Below are positions 39,855-50,301 of a DNA stretch of 64,000 nt, piece by piece. The translations under genes and the position numbers were made by a program. How positions within the stretch are numbered: the first letter of the stretch is position 1; each line of letters starts with the position of its first letter. Source of the DNA: an uncultured Nitrospiraceae bacterium (GTDB lineage: Bacteria > Nitrospirota > Nitrospiria > Nitrospirales > Nitrospiraceae); assembly GCA_963730935.1 (NCBI GenBank), contig CAVSTP010000003.1, forward strand, positions 576,001-640,000. Reading direction: 5' to 3'. The notes under the pieces are model-generated. The model did no database searches and was not told the origin of the DNA. It saw only the letters and a list, made by a program, of their open reading frames with translations.

Positions 39855-41622
39855 ATGAAGAGCAGAACGCATCGATGCGGAGAGTTAAACAAAGTGCATG
39901 TGGGCCAGACCGTGGTCTTGAAGGGGTGGGTGCATGGCCGCCGCGACCACGGCATGGTCATGTTCATTGATCTGCGTGACCGGACGGGAATCACGCAAGT
40001 CGTGTTCAACGCCGAACGGAACAGCGGATGTCCATCAAGGCGGCCCACACGCTTACGGAGTGAGTGCGTCGTGTCGGTCACGGGCCAGGTCATGGCGCGT
40101 CCTGAGGACTCCAAAAATCCTCATCTGCCGACCGGCGACATCGAGGTGTTCGTGGACGCCGTCGAGATTTTGAACGAGGCCAAGACACCGCCGTTCGTTA
40201 TCGAGGACGATGCCGAGGTGACGGAAGGCGCTCCGGTTGAAGTACCGCTATCTCGATCTTCGCCGGCCCAAGATGCAGCGGCTGTTGAGTCTGCGGCACA
40301 ACATCATGCAAGCCGTTCACGGCTTCCTCAACCGAGAGGGGTTTCTGGAAGTCGAGACACCGATTCTCACGAAAAGCACGCCGGAAGGCGCACGGGACTA
40401 TCTGGTCCCAAGTCGCGTGAATCCTGGTCAGTTCTTTGCTCTTCCCCAATCGCCGCAGCTTTTCAAGCAGGTGCTGATGGTGAGCGGCGTTGACCGATAT
40501 TACCAGATTGCCCGCTGTTTCCGGGACGAAGACCTGCGCAACGACCGCCAGCCGGAGTTTACCCAGATCGATCTTGAGATGTCCTTCGTCGATCGCGAAC
40601 AGGTCATGAGTCTGATGGAGCGGATGATCGTGACGGTGTTTCGCGAAGCGGGCGGCGTTCAGCTTCCGACCCCGTTTCCTCGGATGACCTATGCCGACGC
40701 CATGGGGCGCTATGGATCGGACAAGCCGGACCTTCGGTTTGAGATGCCTCTCTATGACGTCACCGCGTTTGGGGCGACGAGCGAGTTCAAGGTGTTTCGA
40801 GAGGCGGCAGGGAAGGGAAAAATCGTCAAGGCGCTGATCGTGAAGGGCGGTCAAAGTATCGCTCGAAGCCGAATCGATGCGCTGGGCGAAACGGCCAGAA
40901 GTTTTGGAGCGAAGGGACTCGCCTGGCTCAAAATCACGGCCGATGGCCAGCTGGATTCGGTCATTGCAAAGTTTCTCGATGCCAAAGCGTTTGCCCATGC
41001 GTTGCCCGAAGCCAACCCGGGCGATCTCGTGTTGTTCGGAGCGGATACACCGGCCGTCGTCCACGACGTGCTGGGGCGGATGCGTCTGCTCCTCGGCGAA
41101 GAGCTCAATCTCATCGACAAGTCAGCCTGGAAGCCAGTCTGGGTCACCGATTTCCCGCTGCTCGATTATTCCCAAGAAGAGAAGCGCTACATTTTCATGC
41201 ACAATCCCTTTGCCGCGCCGATCGACGAGGATCTTCCGTTGCTGGACACCGAGCCGCTGCAGGCCCGCGCCAAGGCCTACGATATGGTGCTCAACGGCAA
41301 CGAGATCGGCGGTGGCAGCATCCGCAACCATCGAAGCGACGTGCAGTTGCGGATTTTGGATCTGCTCGGGATCAGCAAAGAGCAGGCGCAGGCCAAGTTC
41401 GGCTTCTTGCTGGAAGCCTTGGATTACGGTGCCCCTCCACACGGCGGCATCGCCTTCGGCCTCGACCGCCTCATCATGCTCCTGGGCGGTGCCGAATCGA
41501 TTCGCGATGTGATCGCGTTTCCGAAAACGCAGCGTGCCCAGTGCCCGCTGACGGACGCGCCGTCAGCCGTTGCCGCCGAGCAACTCAAGGAGCTGCGCAT
41601 CAAGCTCGACCTCGTGGAGTAG
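39855..41622 (+). CDS. aspS: Aspartyl-tRNA synthetase; 4 apparent indels at ~40023-40230
   Basis: [53 protein letters not shown]. Confidence 0.95.
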
Positions 41623-41625
41623 GTT

Positions 41626-42789
41626 ATGGCCGGCAATACCTTTGGTCACATCTTTACCGTGACGTCTTTCGGCGAAAGCCACGGTCCGGCCATCGGGTGC
41701 GTCGTCGATGGTTGCCCCCCAGGCCTGGCGCTGTCCCCCGACGATATCCAACACGATCTGGATCGCCGCAAACCCGGCACGTCACGACACGTGACCCAGC
41801 GGCAGGAATCCGACAGGGTCGAAATCCTGTCCGGCATCTTTGAAGGCAAGACGACTGGCACACCGATCGCGTTGTTGATCCGCAATGAAGACGCACGGAG
41901 CAAAGACTACGGGAATCTAATCGACACGTTCCGCCCCGGCCACGCCGATTACACCTACTGGCAGAAATACGGCATCCGCGACCACCGCGGGGGCGGGCGG
42001 GCATCTGCCCGGGAGACCGCCGTTCGGGTTGCCGCTGCGGCGATTGCCAGGAAATGGCTCCGCGAGACCCATGGCGTCGTCATCCGCGGCTACCTGAGCC
42101 AGCTGGGACCGCACGAGATCCCCTTCAAATCCTGGGATGCCGTCGGCGACAATCCGTTTTTCGCAGCGAACCAGGACGTCGTGGCGAAACTCGAATCGTT
42201 CATGGACGAACTGCGGAAGGCCGGCGACTCAGTCGGCGCCAGGATTACCACGGTGGCCGAACATGTTCCCGTCGGATGGGGCGCTCCGGTCTATGCCAAG
42301 CTGGACGCGGATCTGGCGGCCGCGATGATGAGCATCAATGCCGTCAAGGCGGTCGAAATCGGCTCAGGATTCGCGTCGGTCACCCAGCGCGGCTCCGAAC
42401 ATGGCGACGAGCTGACGCCAGAAGGGTTCATCACGAACCATGCTGGCGGCATCCTGGGCGGCATTTCCACCGGTCAGGACATTGTGGTGACGATCGGCAT
42501 CAAGCCGACCTCGAGCATCCGTGTGTCACGCCGCTCGATCGATAAGCAGGGGAACCCGGTGACGGTGGAGACGAACGGCCGCCACGATCCGTGCGTTGGG
42601 ATTCGAGCCACCCCCATCGCCGAAGCGATGATGGCGCTGGTCCTGATGGACCATGCCCTGCTCCATCGCGCGCAAAACGCGGGCGTGCAGACGCCGACGC
42701 CGCGCATCGCCGGTTCCTCGAAGCCGTCGGCCTCCCAGGATCGGCGAAAGCCGGTGGCCAAGGTCAACCCCGAGCCCCACGAAGCCTGA
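41626..42789 (+). CDS. aroC: Chorismate synthase
   Basis: [36 protein letters not shown]. Confidence 0.97.
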   Translation: MAGNTFGHIFTVTSFGESHGPAIGCVVDGCPPGLALSPDDIQHDLDRRKPGTSRHVTQRQESDRVEILSGIFEGKTTGTPIALLIRNEDARSKDYGNLIDTFRPGHADYTYWQKYGIRDHRGGGRASARETAVRVAAAAIARKWLRETHGVVIRGYLSQLGPHEIPFKSWDAVGDNPFFAANQDVVAKLESFMDELRKAGDSVGARITTVAEHVPVGWGAPVYAKLDADLAAAMMSINAVKAVEIGSGFASVTQRGSEHGDELTPEGFITNHAGGILGGISTGQDIVVTIGIKPTSSIRVSRRSIDKQGNPVTVETNGRHDPCVGIRATPIAEAMMALVLMDHALLHRAQNAGVQTPTPRIAGSSKPSASQDRRKPVAKVNPEPHEA

Positions 42790-42821
42790 TGCCTCACACC
42801 GCATTGCTGTAGTCGCGCCGC

Positions 42822-43625
42822 ATGCCCGCTCCTCCAGACGACGGCCGCATCCTCGAGATCAAAAACGCGCAAGTCTACCGCGGGGACACCTGTGTCTTCG
42901 ACAATCTCTCGTTTCTGCTGGAGGCGGATCAGCACACGGCCATCCTCGGGCCGAATGGCGCCGGGAAGTCGACCATTCTCAAGCTCCTGGCCGGCGAAGT
43001 GCACGCGGTGCCGAAAGAGGACACTTCCATCCGGCTCTTCGGCGAAGCGCAGTGGAACGTCTGGGACGTGCGGAAGCATTTGGGAATGGTCTCACACGAT
43101 CTGCAGCATCAGTATATGGAGCAGGTGACCGGCCTGAAAGTCGTCCTGTCCGGCTACTATGCGAGCATCGGCACCTATGGCCATCAGGAATTTACCTATG
43201 CGCAGATCGCCCGGGCGCGGGCCGTGATGGAGGACCTGGGCATCGGTGCGATGACCGACCGCAGGTATGCGGCCATGTCAACCGGCGAGCAGCGGCGTTG
43301 TCTCTTGGCGCGTGCCCTGGTCCACGGGCCATCGGTGCTGGTGCTCGATGAGCCCACGAGCGGGCTCGACCTGACGGCCACCTTTCATTATTTGGATCTG
43401 GTGCGCGGCTACATGCGCAAAGGCAAGACCATCCTGCTCGTCACCCATCATATTCATGAGATCCCCCCGGAGATCCGGAGAGTCGTCTTGTTGAAGAAGG
43501 GGAGAATTCTCGAGGACGGCGAGAAGAAAGCGGTGCTGTCAGAGAGAAACCTCAGTCAGCTGTTCGATTGCCCCGTGACACTCGTCTGTGCCAATGGCTG
43601 GTATCAAGCGCTGCCAGGAAGCTGA
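42822..43625 (+). CDS. ABC transporter ATP-binding protein (ModF/YlmA-like)
   Basis: GPNGAGKST, MSTGEQRR, LVLDEPT, VTHH; no permease adjacent. Confidence 0.9.
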   Translation: MPAPPDDGRILEIKNAQVYRGDTCVFDNLSFLLEADQHTAILGPNGAGKSTILKLLAGEVHAVPKEDTSIRLFGEAQWNVWDVRKHLGMVSHDLQHQYMEQVTGLKVVLSGYYASIGTYGHQEFTYAQIARARAVMEDLGIGAMTDRRYAAMSTGEQRRCLLARALVHGPSVLVLDEPTSGLDLTATFHYLDLVRGYMRKGKTILLVTHHIHEIPPEIRRVVLLKKGRILEDGEKKAVLSERNLSQLFDCPVTLVCANGWYQALPGS

Positions 43626-43637
43626 AGTACCGTTGTT

Positions 43638-44660
43638 CTATCCGCCCGCTAAGGTGACGGTGAAGGTGAGGTCAGCCTCGGCCCGGCGGACTTTGAGGCT
43701 CACGCGCTGGCCGGGGACCGTCCGTTCGATGAGATAGTTTTTCAGGTGGGCAGCATCCAGAATTTCCGTGTCTTCAATCGCCAGCAGAATGTCGTGTTTC
43801 TGGATGCCGGCCGCCTTGGCCGGATCCGAGACGTCCTTCACCGCCATGCGCCACTTGGTCCCTTCTTTGACTGCCGTCATGTGAATGCCCAGCTTCGAGA
43901 AGGCCAGCGGTTTTCCTTCGATGGCGGCGGCTACGATGCGCGAGGCGAGCGTGGCGGGAATCGCAAAGGCCATCTGGCTGCAGAAGACGTGAGTTTCGTC
44001 CTTGTCCGTCTGGATCACGGCATGCATGATGCCGACCACTTCGCCGGCGTGATTATAGAGCGCGCCTCCCGAGTTACCGCTGCAGGCAGAGAGATCGGCT
44101 TGCAGGAGTCGAGTCTCGACGGTTTGCAAAAACGTATTGACGTTACCGATGCGGCCGAAGGCCATGGTGGGGCCCCAGCCCATCGGATATCCCACCGTGA
44201 ACACCTCGCTGCCGACGACCGGCGCATCTGTGGCAAAGCTGGTGGCAAGATCGAGCACCGGCCGGTCTTTTTGATTTAAGCGGTAGACGACGACGTCCAT
44301 GTAGGCGCTTTCTCCAACGATCTGGGCGACGAGCTCGTGGAGATCGGTGGTCAGGACATGAATGACCTTCGGCACGACGTGCCCCGTCGGACTGTTTTTC
44401 TCGACCGCGTGTCTCGCCGTGACAATGTAGCCGTCATGCAGATGAAAGCCGGTTCCGCGGATCTTAATTTTGCCGGGCTGGTCGGGAGTACGGGGATCTT
44501 GCGTGTCTTCCAGGATGCCAACGGTGGCCCGCTTCGCCCGCTCAATCACATTCGGTGGCGCCCCTGGCCCGGCGGAGGCATACGGCGCGGCGCATGCGAG
44601 GATGGCGACCAGACAGGCCAAAATCGAACGCTGGCGTCTGCGCTCAGCCAGGACGAACAT
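43638..44660 (-). CDS. Trypsin-like (HtrA/S1C) serine protease with PDZ domain, exported
   Basis: VTARHAV, D, GNSGG triad; C-terminal PDZ (PAKAAGIQKHDIL). Confidence 0.9.
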   Translation of the reverse strand: MFVLAERRRQRSILACLVAILACAAPYASAGPGAPPNVIERAKRATVGILEDTQDPRTPDQPGKIKIRGTGFHLHDGYIVTARHAVEKNSPTGHVVPKVIHVLTTDLHELVAQIVGESAYMDVVVYRLNQKDRPVLDLATSFATDAPVVGSEVFTVGYPMGWGPTMAFGRIGNVNTFLQTVETRLLQADLSACSGNSGGALYNHAGEVVGIMHAVIQTDKDETHVFCSQMAFAIPATLASRIVAAAIEGKPLAFSKLGIHMTAVKEGTKWRMAVKDVSDPAKAAGIQKHDILLAIEDTEILDAAHLKNYLIERTVPGQRVSLKVRRAEADLTFTVTLAGG

Positions 44661-44730
44661 GAAATAATCCTTTCACTGTATGAAGCCTATGCCGCACAGT
44701 ATAATGAGCTTTAATGACAGGGGAAAGGCC

Positions 44731-45030
44731 ATGAGAGGCTCGATTGCCACGATATCTATCTGTATGCTGGTTGCGGCCATCCTGAACTATGGGGCGGTCG
44801 GCGCCGCCGAGTCGGACGGCGATAGTAACGCGTCATTCTCTGAGAAGGTTGGTGAAGGGGCCAAAAAGATCGGTCAGGCAATTGCAGACGGTATCAAGAA
44901 AACCGCGAAAAAGCTTGAAGACAAGCACGTACCCGAAAAGGTGGAACAGAAATTCAAGAAGGCGGCGGATAAGACCGCCGAAGGCTTTGGTAAGGCGGAG
45001 CGGAAAATCAAAGAAAAGCTGGCCGATTAG
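44731..45030 (+). CDS. Exported hypothetical helical protein
   Basis: Signal peptide; Lys/Ala/Glu-rich amphipathic helices. Confidence 0.65.
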   Translation: MRGSIATISICMLVAAILNYGAVGAAESDGDSNASFSEKVGEGAKKIGQAIADGIKKTAKKLEDKHVPEKVEQKFKKAADKTAEGFGKAERKIKEKLAD

Positions 45031-45054
45031 CTGCCGAACACCTTCCTCGCCCTC

Positions 45055-45501
45055 TCATTTCTTCCGGAAACCGAAAAACGATCCGGCTCCTGCCGCCCCT
45101 GCCGAAGGCAAAAATCCGGTCACCACGTTCTTGAACCCTTCCGCTTCGCCGTGAAGCCACTGGATTGTTCGGGTAATCTGCCCTTCCAGCGCGTTCCAAT
45201 CCACGTCGATCCAGCCGGTCGTCTTCATGGCCGCCATGCACGCCAACACAACGGCCACCAGCATGGCGGCGATTCTCAAAAACCGGCGGAAGGCCCAACC
45301 GATCAAGAAGCCGCCGAGGTAACTGCCGCCGATCTGAGCGACGGCCGGGGAGGTGAAATTCCCGATCCAAGACGCTAGACCGCCGATCGTGGCCACGGCA
45401 ACGGCGAGAAACGATTTCGCCGCCCAGGGCGGGTCCGCGAGCATGGCCTCCCAGGCGGATGGGGCATGCGGGGCGGTTGAACAGGCCTCTTCTTCGATCA
45501 T
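45055..45501 (-). CDS. FUN14-family membrane protein
   Basis: GGSYLGGFLIGWAFRRFLR...GWIDVDWNAL...LPSAGAAGAGSFFGF pattern; GGAG RBS. Confidence 0.75.
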   Translation of the reverse strand: MIEEEACSTAPHAPSAWEAMLADPPWAAKSFLAVAVATIGGLASWIGNFTSPAVAQIGGSYLGGFLIGWAFRRFLRIAAMLVAVVLACMAAMKTTGWIDVDWNALEGQITRTIQWLHGEAEGFKNVVTGFLPSAGAAGAGSFFGFRKK

Positions 45502-45517
45502 GAAGTACTCCAGTCTT

Positions 45518-46378
45518 CTAAAGCTGGTTTGAAGAGAAGGTATCGCAGACGTCGGGATTGCCGGTCTCCAGTCCCTTCCGCAGCCAGGTCTTCCGCTGTT
45601 GAGACGAGCCGTGTGTCCAACTTTCTGGCTGCACGTACCCGCGGGACATCTTCTGCAGTCGATCATCTCCAATGGCTGCCGCAGCCGCGAGTCCCTCTTC
45701 AAAATCTCCGGGCTCGATCACGCCCCGTTCGCGGCTGGCATGGTAACCCCAGACTCCCGCAAGACAATCCGCCTGCAGTTCCATTCGCACCGAGAGGGCG
45801 TTGCCTTCCGTTTCGCTCGCGTGTCGCTGTAGGCGCTGAACTTTCTCCGCAATCCCAAGAAGATTCTGAACATGGTGGCCCACTTCGTGGGCGATGACAT
45901 AGGCCTGGGCAAAATCACCGGAAGCACCAAGCCGCTGAGACATTTCCTGAAAGAAGGACAGGTCCAGGTACAGCTTGCGGTCCTGTGGGCAATAGAACGG
46001 CCCCACTGCCGACGAGGTTGCGCCGCAGGCGGAATGCACGGCGCCGGTAAACAAGACCAGCCGCGGATTCTCGTATTGACGTCCCGCCTTGGGAAGCAGT
46101 TGGTGCCAGGTATCTTCGGTGTCGGCCAACACGACCGAGGCGAATCGACCGATCTCGTCTTTGACCGGCCCGGTCGGCACGGACTCGATCTGCGGCTCCG
46201 TCGTACTCTGGAGGCCGCTCATCAACTCGAGGAGGGTTAAGGGGTTCATGCCGGTGAAATAGCTGACCGCGAGGACGAGGACGATGCCACCGATCCCCAG
46301 TCCCCCGCCCATTCTCGCCGGGCCCAAGCTCCGCCTATCCTCAACATTCTCACTTTCACGTTGGCCCTGCCAGCGCAC
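45518..46378 (-). CDS. Neutral zinc metallopeptidase (YpfJ-like)
   Basis: RESENVEDRR, GPFYCPQD, YVIAHEVGHHVQ, ELQADCLAG, HGSSQQR. Confidence 0.92.
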   Translation of the reverse strand: MRWQGQRESENVEDRRSLGPARMGGGLGIGGIVLVLAVSYFTGMNPLTLLELMSGLQSTTEPQIESVPTGPVKDEIGRFASVVLADTEDTWHQLLPKAGRQYENPRLVLFTGAVHSACGATSSAVGPFYCPQDRKLYLDLSFFQEMSQRLGASGDFAQAYVIAHEVGHHVQNLLGIAEKVQRLQRHASETEGNALSVRMELQADCLAGVWGYHASRERGVIEPGDFEEGLAAAAAIGDDRLQKMSRGYVQPESWTHGSSQQRKTWLRKGLETGNPDVCDTFSSNQL

Positions 46379-46512
46379 TCGCGTCCCCTCCCTCGTCGAG
46401 CAGTTGGATCCACGATACTGCGGTGCGGGAGAGAAGTCCAGGTGTGCGGTGATGAGATGCGAGGCCTTCCACAGTGGAAGGCCTCGCGATAGAGGCAACG
46501 AGAGGGGGTCAA

Positions 46513-47763
46513 TTATTGGGCGGCGACCTGCGACAAATCTTTCGGATACAGGACAATCTCGATTCGCCGGTTGGAGGACCGCCCTTGTTCCGAGTCATTG
46601 CTGTCGATGGGATGGGTATCCGCATATCCGACGGCCGATAGGGACTGAGGCTGGACCCCTCCCTGATCGATCAAGTAGCGCACGACGGTCGTCGCGCGCG
46701 CGGTGGAGAGCTCCCAATTGGTTTTGAACTTGTCCTGCAGCTTCGTGCTGATCGGGACGTTGTCGGTATGGCCTTCGATTCTGATTTGCTTGTCCGTAAT
46801 TTTGTTTAACACATCGCTGACTTGCTTGAGGACCTTCAAGCCCGCCGGCTTGATTTCGGCGCGGCCTGAGTCGAACAGCACACGGTCGACCATGTTGATC
46901 GTGAGACGATCCCGTACTTGTTGGATCTTGATGTTGCCTTTGGCGATCTCGTCCTTGAGTGACTGCGACAACTCTTCCTGCGTCTTGGTCAGGCGGCGAA
47001 TCTCGTCTTCCTTGGCGGCGCGTTCCTGTTCAAGGCGGGCTTTTTCTTCCGCCTCGGCCTTGAGGCGCTTCCGCTCTTCCTCCAGACTCGCGGACAGCTG
47101 GGACTGCTCCTGCTGGAGCCGTTCATGTTCCTTGGCGAGCCGGGCCTTTTCTTCCGCCTCGGCTTTCAGCCGCTGGCGTTCCTGATCAAGACTGGCAGAC
47201 AGCCTGGACTGTTCCTGGCGCAACTGCTCCCGCTCCTTCGCTACCCGGGCAGACTCGGCCTCCAGTTCCGCGGCCCGCTGTTGAAGCTTGACGATCTCGC
47301 TTTGAGCCGTGGCCGTCCCGCTGGCAAGCTGCTGCTTGTCGTTTTCCAGGGCGGCAATTTGCGCGCGTACGTCGCTCAACTCGCTACCAAGCTGGCCTTT
47401 TTCGCGCTCGAGACCGTCGAGCCGGCTCTGAAGTTCCGCCGAACGGGCAGACAACGCTTCGCGCTCTTTCTCAAGCGAGGCCGCCTGCTGTTCCGCGCTT
47501 TTGCGCTGGCTCGTCTCCTGATCGAGATTTTGCTGGAGTCCTGTCAATTGCTGCTGCATCTGATCAGAGTCGGCCTTGGACTTCTTTCTCAGTGCGTCTA
47601 ATTCCGCCGATTGGCTGGCCGACAGCTGCTTGGCCTTTTCCAGTTCCTCCAGCGCTTTCTGGTGCGTGTCGGTCGAGACACATCCGGCCCCCATGAGCAT
47701 GACAGAGGCCATCATGCCCGCTTGCAAGAAGATCCGATAATGACGGATGCGGTGCGGTGTCAT
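46513..47763 (-). CDS. OmpA/MotB-like peptidoglycan-binding lipoprotein with long coiled coil
   Basis: Lipobox GAGC, ~240-aa coiled coil, LFDSGRA, IEGHTD, NWELSTARA, NRRIEI. Confidence 0.9.
   Translation of the reverse strand: MTPHRIRHYRIFLQAGMMASVMLMGAGCVSTDTHQKALEELEKAKQLSASQSAELDALRKKSKADSDQMQQQLTGLQQNLDQETSQRKSAEQQAASLEKEREALSARSAELQSRLDGLEREKGQLGSELSDVRAQIAALENDKQQLASGTATAQSEIVKLQQRAAELEAESARVAKEREQLRQEQSRLSASLDQERQRLKAEAEEKARLAKEHERLQQEQSQLSASLEEERKRLKAEAEEKARLEQERAAKEDEIRRLTKTQEELSQSLKDEIAKGNIKIQQVRDRLTINMVDRVLFDSGRAEIKPAGLKVLKQVSDVLNKITDKQIRIEGHTDNVPISTKLQDKFKTNWELSTARATTVVRYLIDQGGVQPQSLSAVGYADTHPIDSNDSEQGRSSNRRIEIVLYPKDLSQVAAQ
47032..47241 (-). repeat. Intragenic tandem duplication, 2 x 105 bp (35 aa)
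   Basis: AKEREQLRQEQSRLSASLDQERQRLKAEAEEKARL / AKEHERLQQEQSQLSASLEEERKRLKAEAEEKARL. Confidence 0.85.
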
Positions 47764-48355
47764 AAGCCCTCCTGCATGAAGATGTAGATGTAGGATGAAT
47801 CAACCACGAGCAAAGTCGATGCCGTCAGTGAACCTGAATAGAGAAAACCCTAAAATGTGAGAAAGCACGGGAGTCTGAAGGTCTTCACTCGAGTAAAGTG
47901 GGATCATCACCGCGTCGACCGGTGCCAGAAGAAAGCGCCTCACCTGTAGGGACCAACGTACAGTGTGTACGGACCTATGGTGCACTGAACGCGCGGACCA
48001 ATCAAGATGCTCAAGCAAGACGTCCAAGAGGAGTGTGGAAAATTGTAGGCGGATGGGAGCGTGGGTAGAGATGTGAGGGAAGGCAGCGGGCGCTGCGCTC
48101 CCCGTTCAGGTAAATGGCTCGACGAGGCAGCGTTGTGGCCATGAGCAAATGCGATGCCGTGTTGAATCATTTCCCTCAAGCGTACAGAACTAGGAAGGCT
48201 CCCTGATTTGTGGTCGTGAGCTTTGCCATGGGGTCGGAAATGGGTTCGAGAGGGAAATGCGTCATTTACGACTGGATAATCACCCGTAGGGGACTGCATA
48301 CAATTTACAGGACCGCTGCTGAAGGGGGTTGACTCCCCCCTCGGACCTTCCCTTT

Positions 48356-48949
48356 ATGGTGGTTATGACGTTCTCCAGGCCCAAGACCATTCTCTTTCAT
48401 AAGCCCTACGATGTTCTGCCCTGTTTTACCGATCCTGAGGGACGGCCAACTCTCGCCGATTACATTGCTACGCCTGATGTGTACGCGGCCGGCCGTCTGG
48501 ACCGCGATAGCGAAGGCCTCATGATCCTCACCTCGGACGGGGCCCTGGCTCATCGCATTACAGATCCCACACACAAATTGCCTAAAGTCTATTGGGTCCA
48601 GGTGGAGCGCATCCCGGATGACGCAGCACTCGACCGCCTGCGCCATGGCGTCGTCTTGAGCGGCACACGCACGAGACCTGCCAAGGTACGACGCCTCACG
48701 CCGGAGCCGGCATTACCGGAACGGCCGGTGCCTATCAGAGTCCGCCGGTCTGTTCCCACTGTCTGGCTGGAGATGGTGCTTCACGAGGGCATGAACCGGC
48801 AGGTCAGGCGCATGACGGCTGCCGTCGGCCATCCGACGCTCCGGCTCGTGCGAGTGGCAATTGGTCCTGTCAAGCTCGGCGATCTTGCCCCCGGCCGTTG
48901 GCGCGTGATGACGCCTCAGGAGAGGGCGTCCCTTGACCGGCAAGGGTAG
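48356..48949 (+). CDS. rluE: rRNA pseudouridine synthase RluE-like
   Basis: FHKPYDVL, AGRLDRDSEGL, KVYWVQVE, PIRVRRSVPT, EGMNRQVRRMTAAVGHPTLRL. Confidence 0.9.
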   Translation: MVVMTFSRPKTILFHKPYDVLPCFTDPEGRPTLADYIATPDVYAAGRLDRDSEGLMILTSDGALAHRITDPTHKLPKVYWVQVERIPDDAALDRLRHGVVLSGTRTRPAKVRRLTPEPALPERPVPIRVRRSVPTVWLEMVLHEGMNRQVRRMTAAVGHPTLRLVRVAIGPVKLGDLAPGRWRVMTPQERASLDRQG

Positions 48950-49062
48950 GATGCGGGATTTGATGAATTTGTTGCCAAGAGCCACATTCGGTTCATACTT
49001 ACGCTCAACAACGTAAGTACCCACCACAGCTTCTCACCTTTCTGTTAGGAACGGAGGGGACC

Positions 49063-49296
49063 ATGAGAACTCACACGCAGCAAGCTTCCACCTCCCACCC
49101 AGTGGATCGGACGATGCTCTGGGCACTCAAGCGGCGGGGAGCCCAGACCATGGAAGGGCTCTCGTCGTTGACTGGGATCGGGTGGACACAGGTCTTTTTA
49201 TCGGTGGACCGCCTAAGCCGGATCGGCAAAGTGTCGTTAACCCCAGTCCGACCCTGTGAATATCGGATATCGATCGCTGGGCTGCTTCGTCGCTAG
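49063..49296 (+). CDS. Small hypothetical protein, winged-helix-like
   Basis: GGAGG RBS; TMEGLSSLTGIGWTQVFLSVDRLSRIGKV HTH-like pattern. Confidence 0.65.
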   Translation: MRTHTQQASTSHPVDRTMLWALKRRGAQTMEGLSSLTGIGWTQVFLSVDRLSRIGKVSLTPVRPCEYRISIAGLLRR

Positions 49297-49321
49297 TCGA
49301 AGGAGAGGAGGGCGCTCGAGG

Positions 49322-50146
49322 TCAACGGCTGCGTATCATCCGGCCGATGATGCCGATGCCGATGCCGAGCAGAAGGTAGCCGGCGAGAACATTGATGACC
49401 ACTATGATCTGGCTCACGACATGAGTGGGCTGGTAATCCACGAGCCCTAGAGCCGCCGTGACATTCACGGAGTAGTAGACCGCCGACCACAACGGAATCC
49501 AGGCAGAGACGGTGTCCGAGCCAATCGGCTGAAGCCACTGTAGCTGGAAAAATAGCTCATACAGCACGCTGAACACGGCGATGGTGCCGATCACCCAGAG
49601 TCCCCAACGGGAGAAACTCGTGCCGTAGTTACTCGTGACCTTCCAGGCGAGTTGTCCCCAGGGGTGCTTCCCTTCCATTTTCGCCCATGTCACACGGGCA
49701 TTGCGCTCGTTCAAGTATTCCGTTTCAGACCAATCCAGCTCGCCCACTTCCGCGAAACAATGATTAGCCCGTGAGTACGAACGCACGGCCAAGTGTTGAA
49801 GATCATGCCGTGATGCGGTGGCCGTGGCCATTCGGGCCGCGCGCTCGGCCTGGTGTCCGGCGCTGGAATAGGCGCGAGCGGCCTGCGTGAACTGGCCGAT
49901 CCTGTGCAACTGTTGCCCTGCCTGGTGATAGGCCCGTGCTGATTCCTTGGCATCTCGGCTCTCCAGAAAATGCGCCGCCGCCAAAAAATAGAACGCCGAC
50001 TGCATGACTTCCGCCCGCGCCTCTTTTTGGCCGAACGCCTCCGCCTGTCGCAGGACGGCCTCGGCGGATTGGGCGGACTCCAACTCCATCTCGCCCTGTC
50101 GGTAATATTCTTGAGCGAGAGGATCGGTAAAGGTTTGCTCAGCCAT
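49322..50146 (-). CDS. TPR/SNAP-like helical domain fused to ion-channel-like (2TM+P) domain
   Basis: Helical repeats, then TSNYGTSFSRW-TM1, AVYYSVNVTAALGLVDY pore-like loop, TM2. Confidence 0.7.
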   Translation of the reverse strand: MAEQTFTDPLAQEYYRQGEMELESAQSAEAVLRQAEAFGQKEARAEVMQSAFYFLAAAHFLESRDAKESARAYHQAGQQLHRIGQFTQAARAYSSAGHQAERAARMATATASRHDLQHLAVRSYSRANHCFAEVGELDWSETEYLNERNARVTWAKMEGKHPWGQLAWKVTSNYGTSFSRWGLWVIGTIAVFSVLYELFFQLQWLQPIGSDTVSAWIPLWSAVYYSVNVTAALGLVDYQPTHVVSQIIVVINVLAGYLLLGIGIGIIGRMIRSR

Positions 50147-50301
50147 CAGATCAGATCATGAGCAGGTGGTGTTGGGACGCCATATTACTCGAAAGACAGC
50201 CTGGCAGGAAAGCCCGTCCGAAGCGGGGGGTGCGTATTGACAACCCCGGTTGGCAGGGAGAAGAATTAACAGAAAAGGCCTTCCCATGGAGGGGAGACAT
50301 C

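Noticed and set aside
35005..40235. Programmed frameshifting or true pseudogenisation of guaB, guaA and aspS
   Set aside because: Too many breaks, no shared slippery motif, no other decay, confined to one patch and affecting an essential gene.
46513..47763. Flagellar motB call
   Set aside because: It has a lipobox rather than the MotB TM helix with the conserved Asp, and there is no motA or flagellar context.
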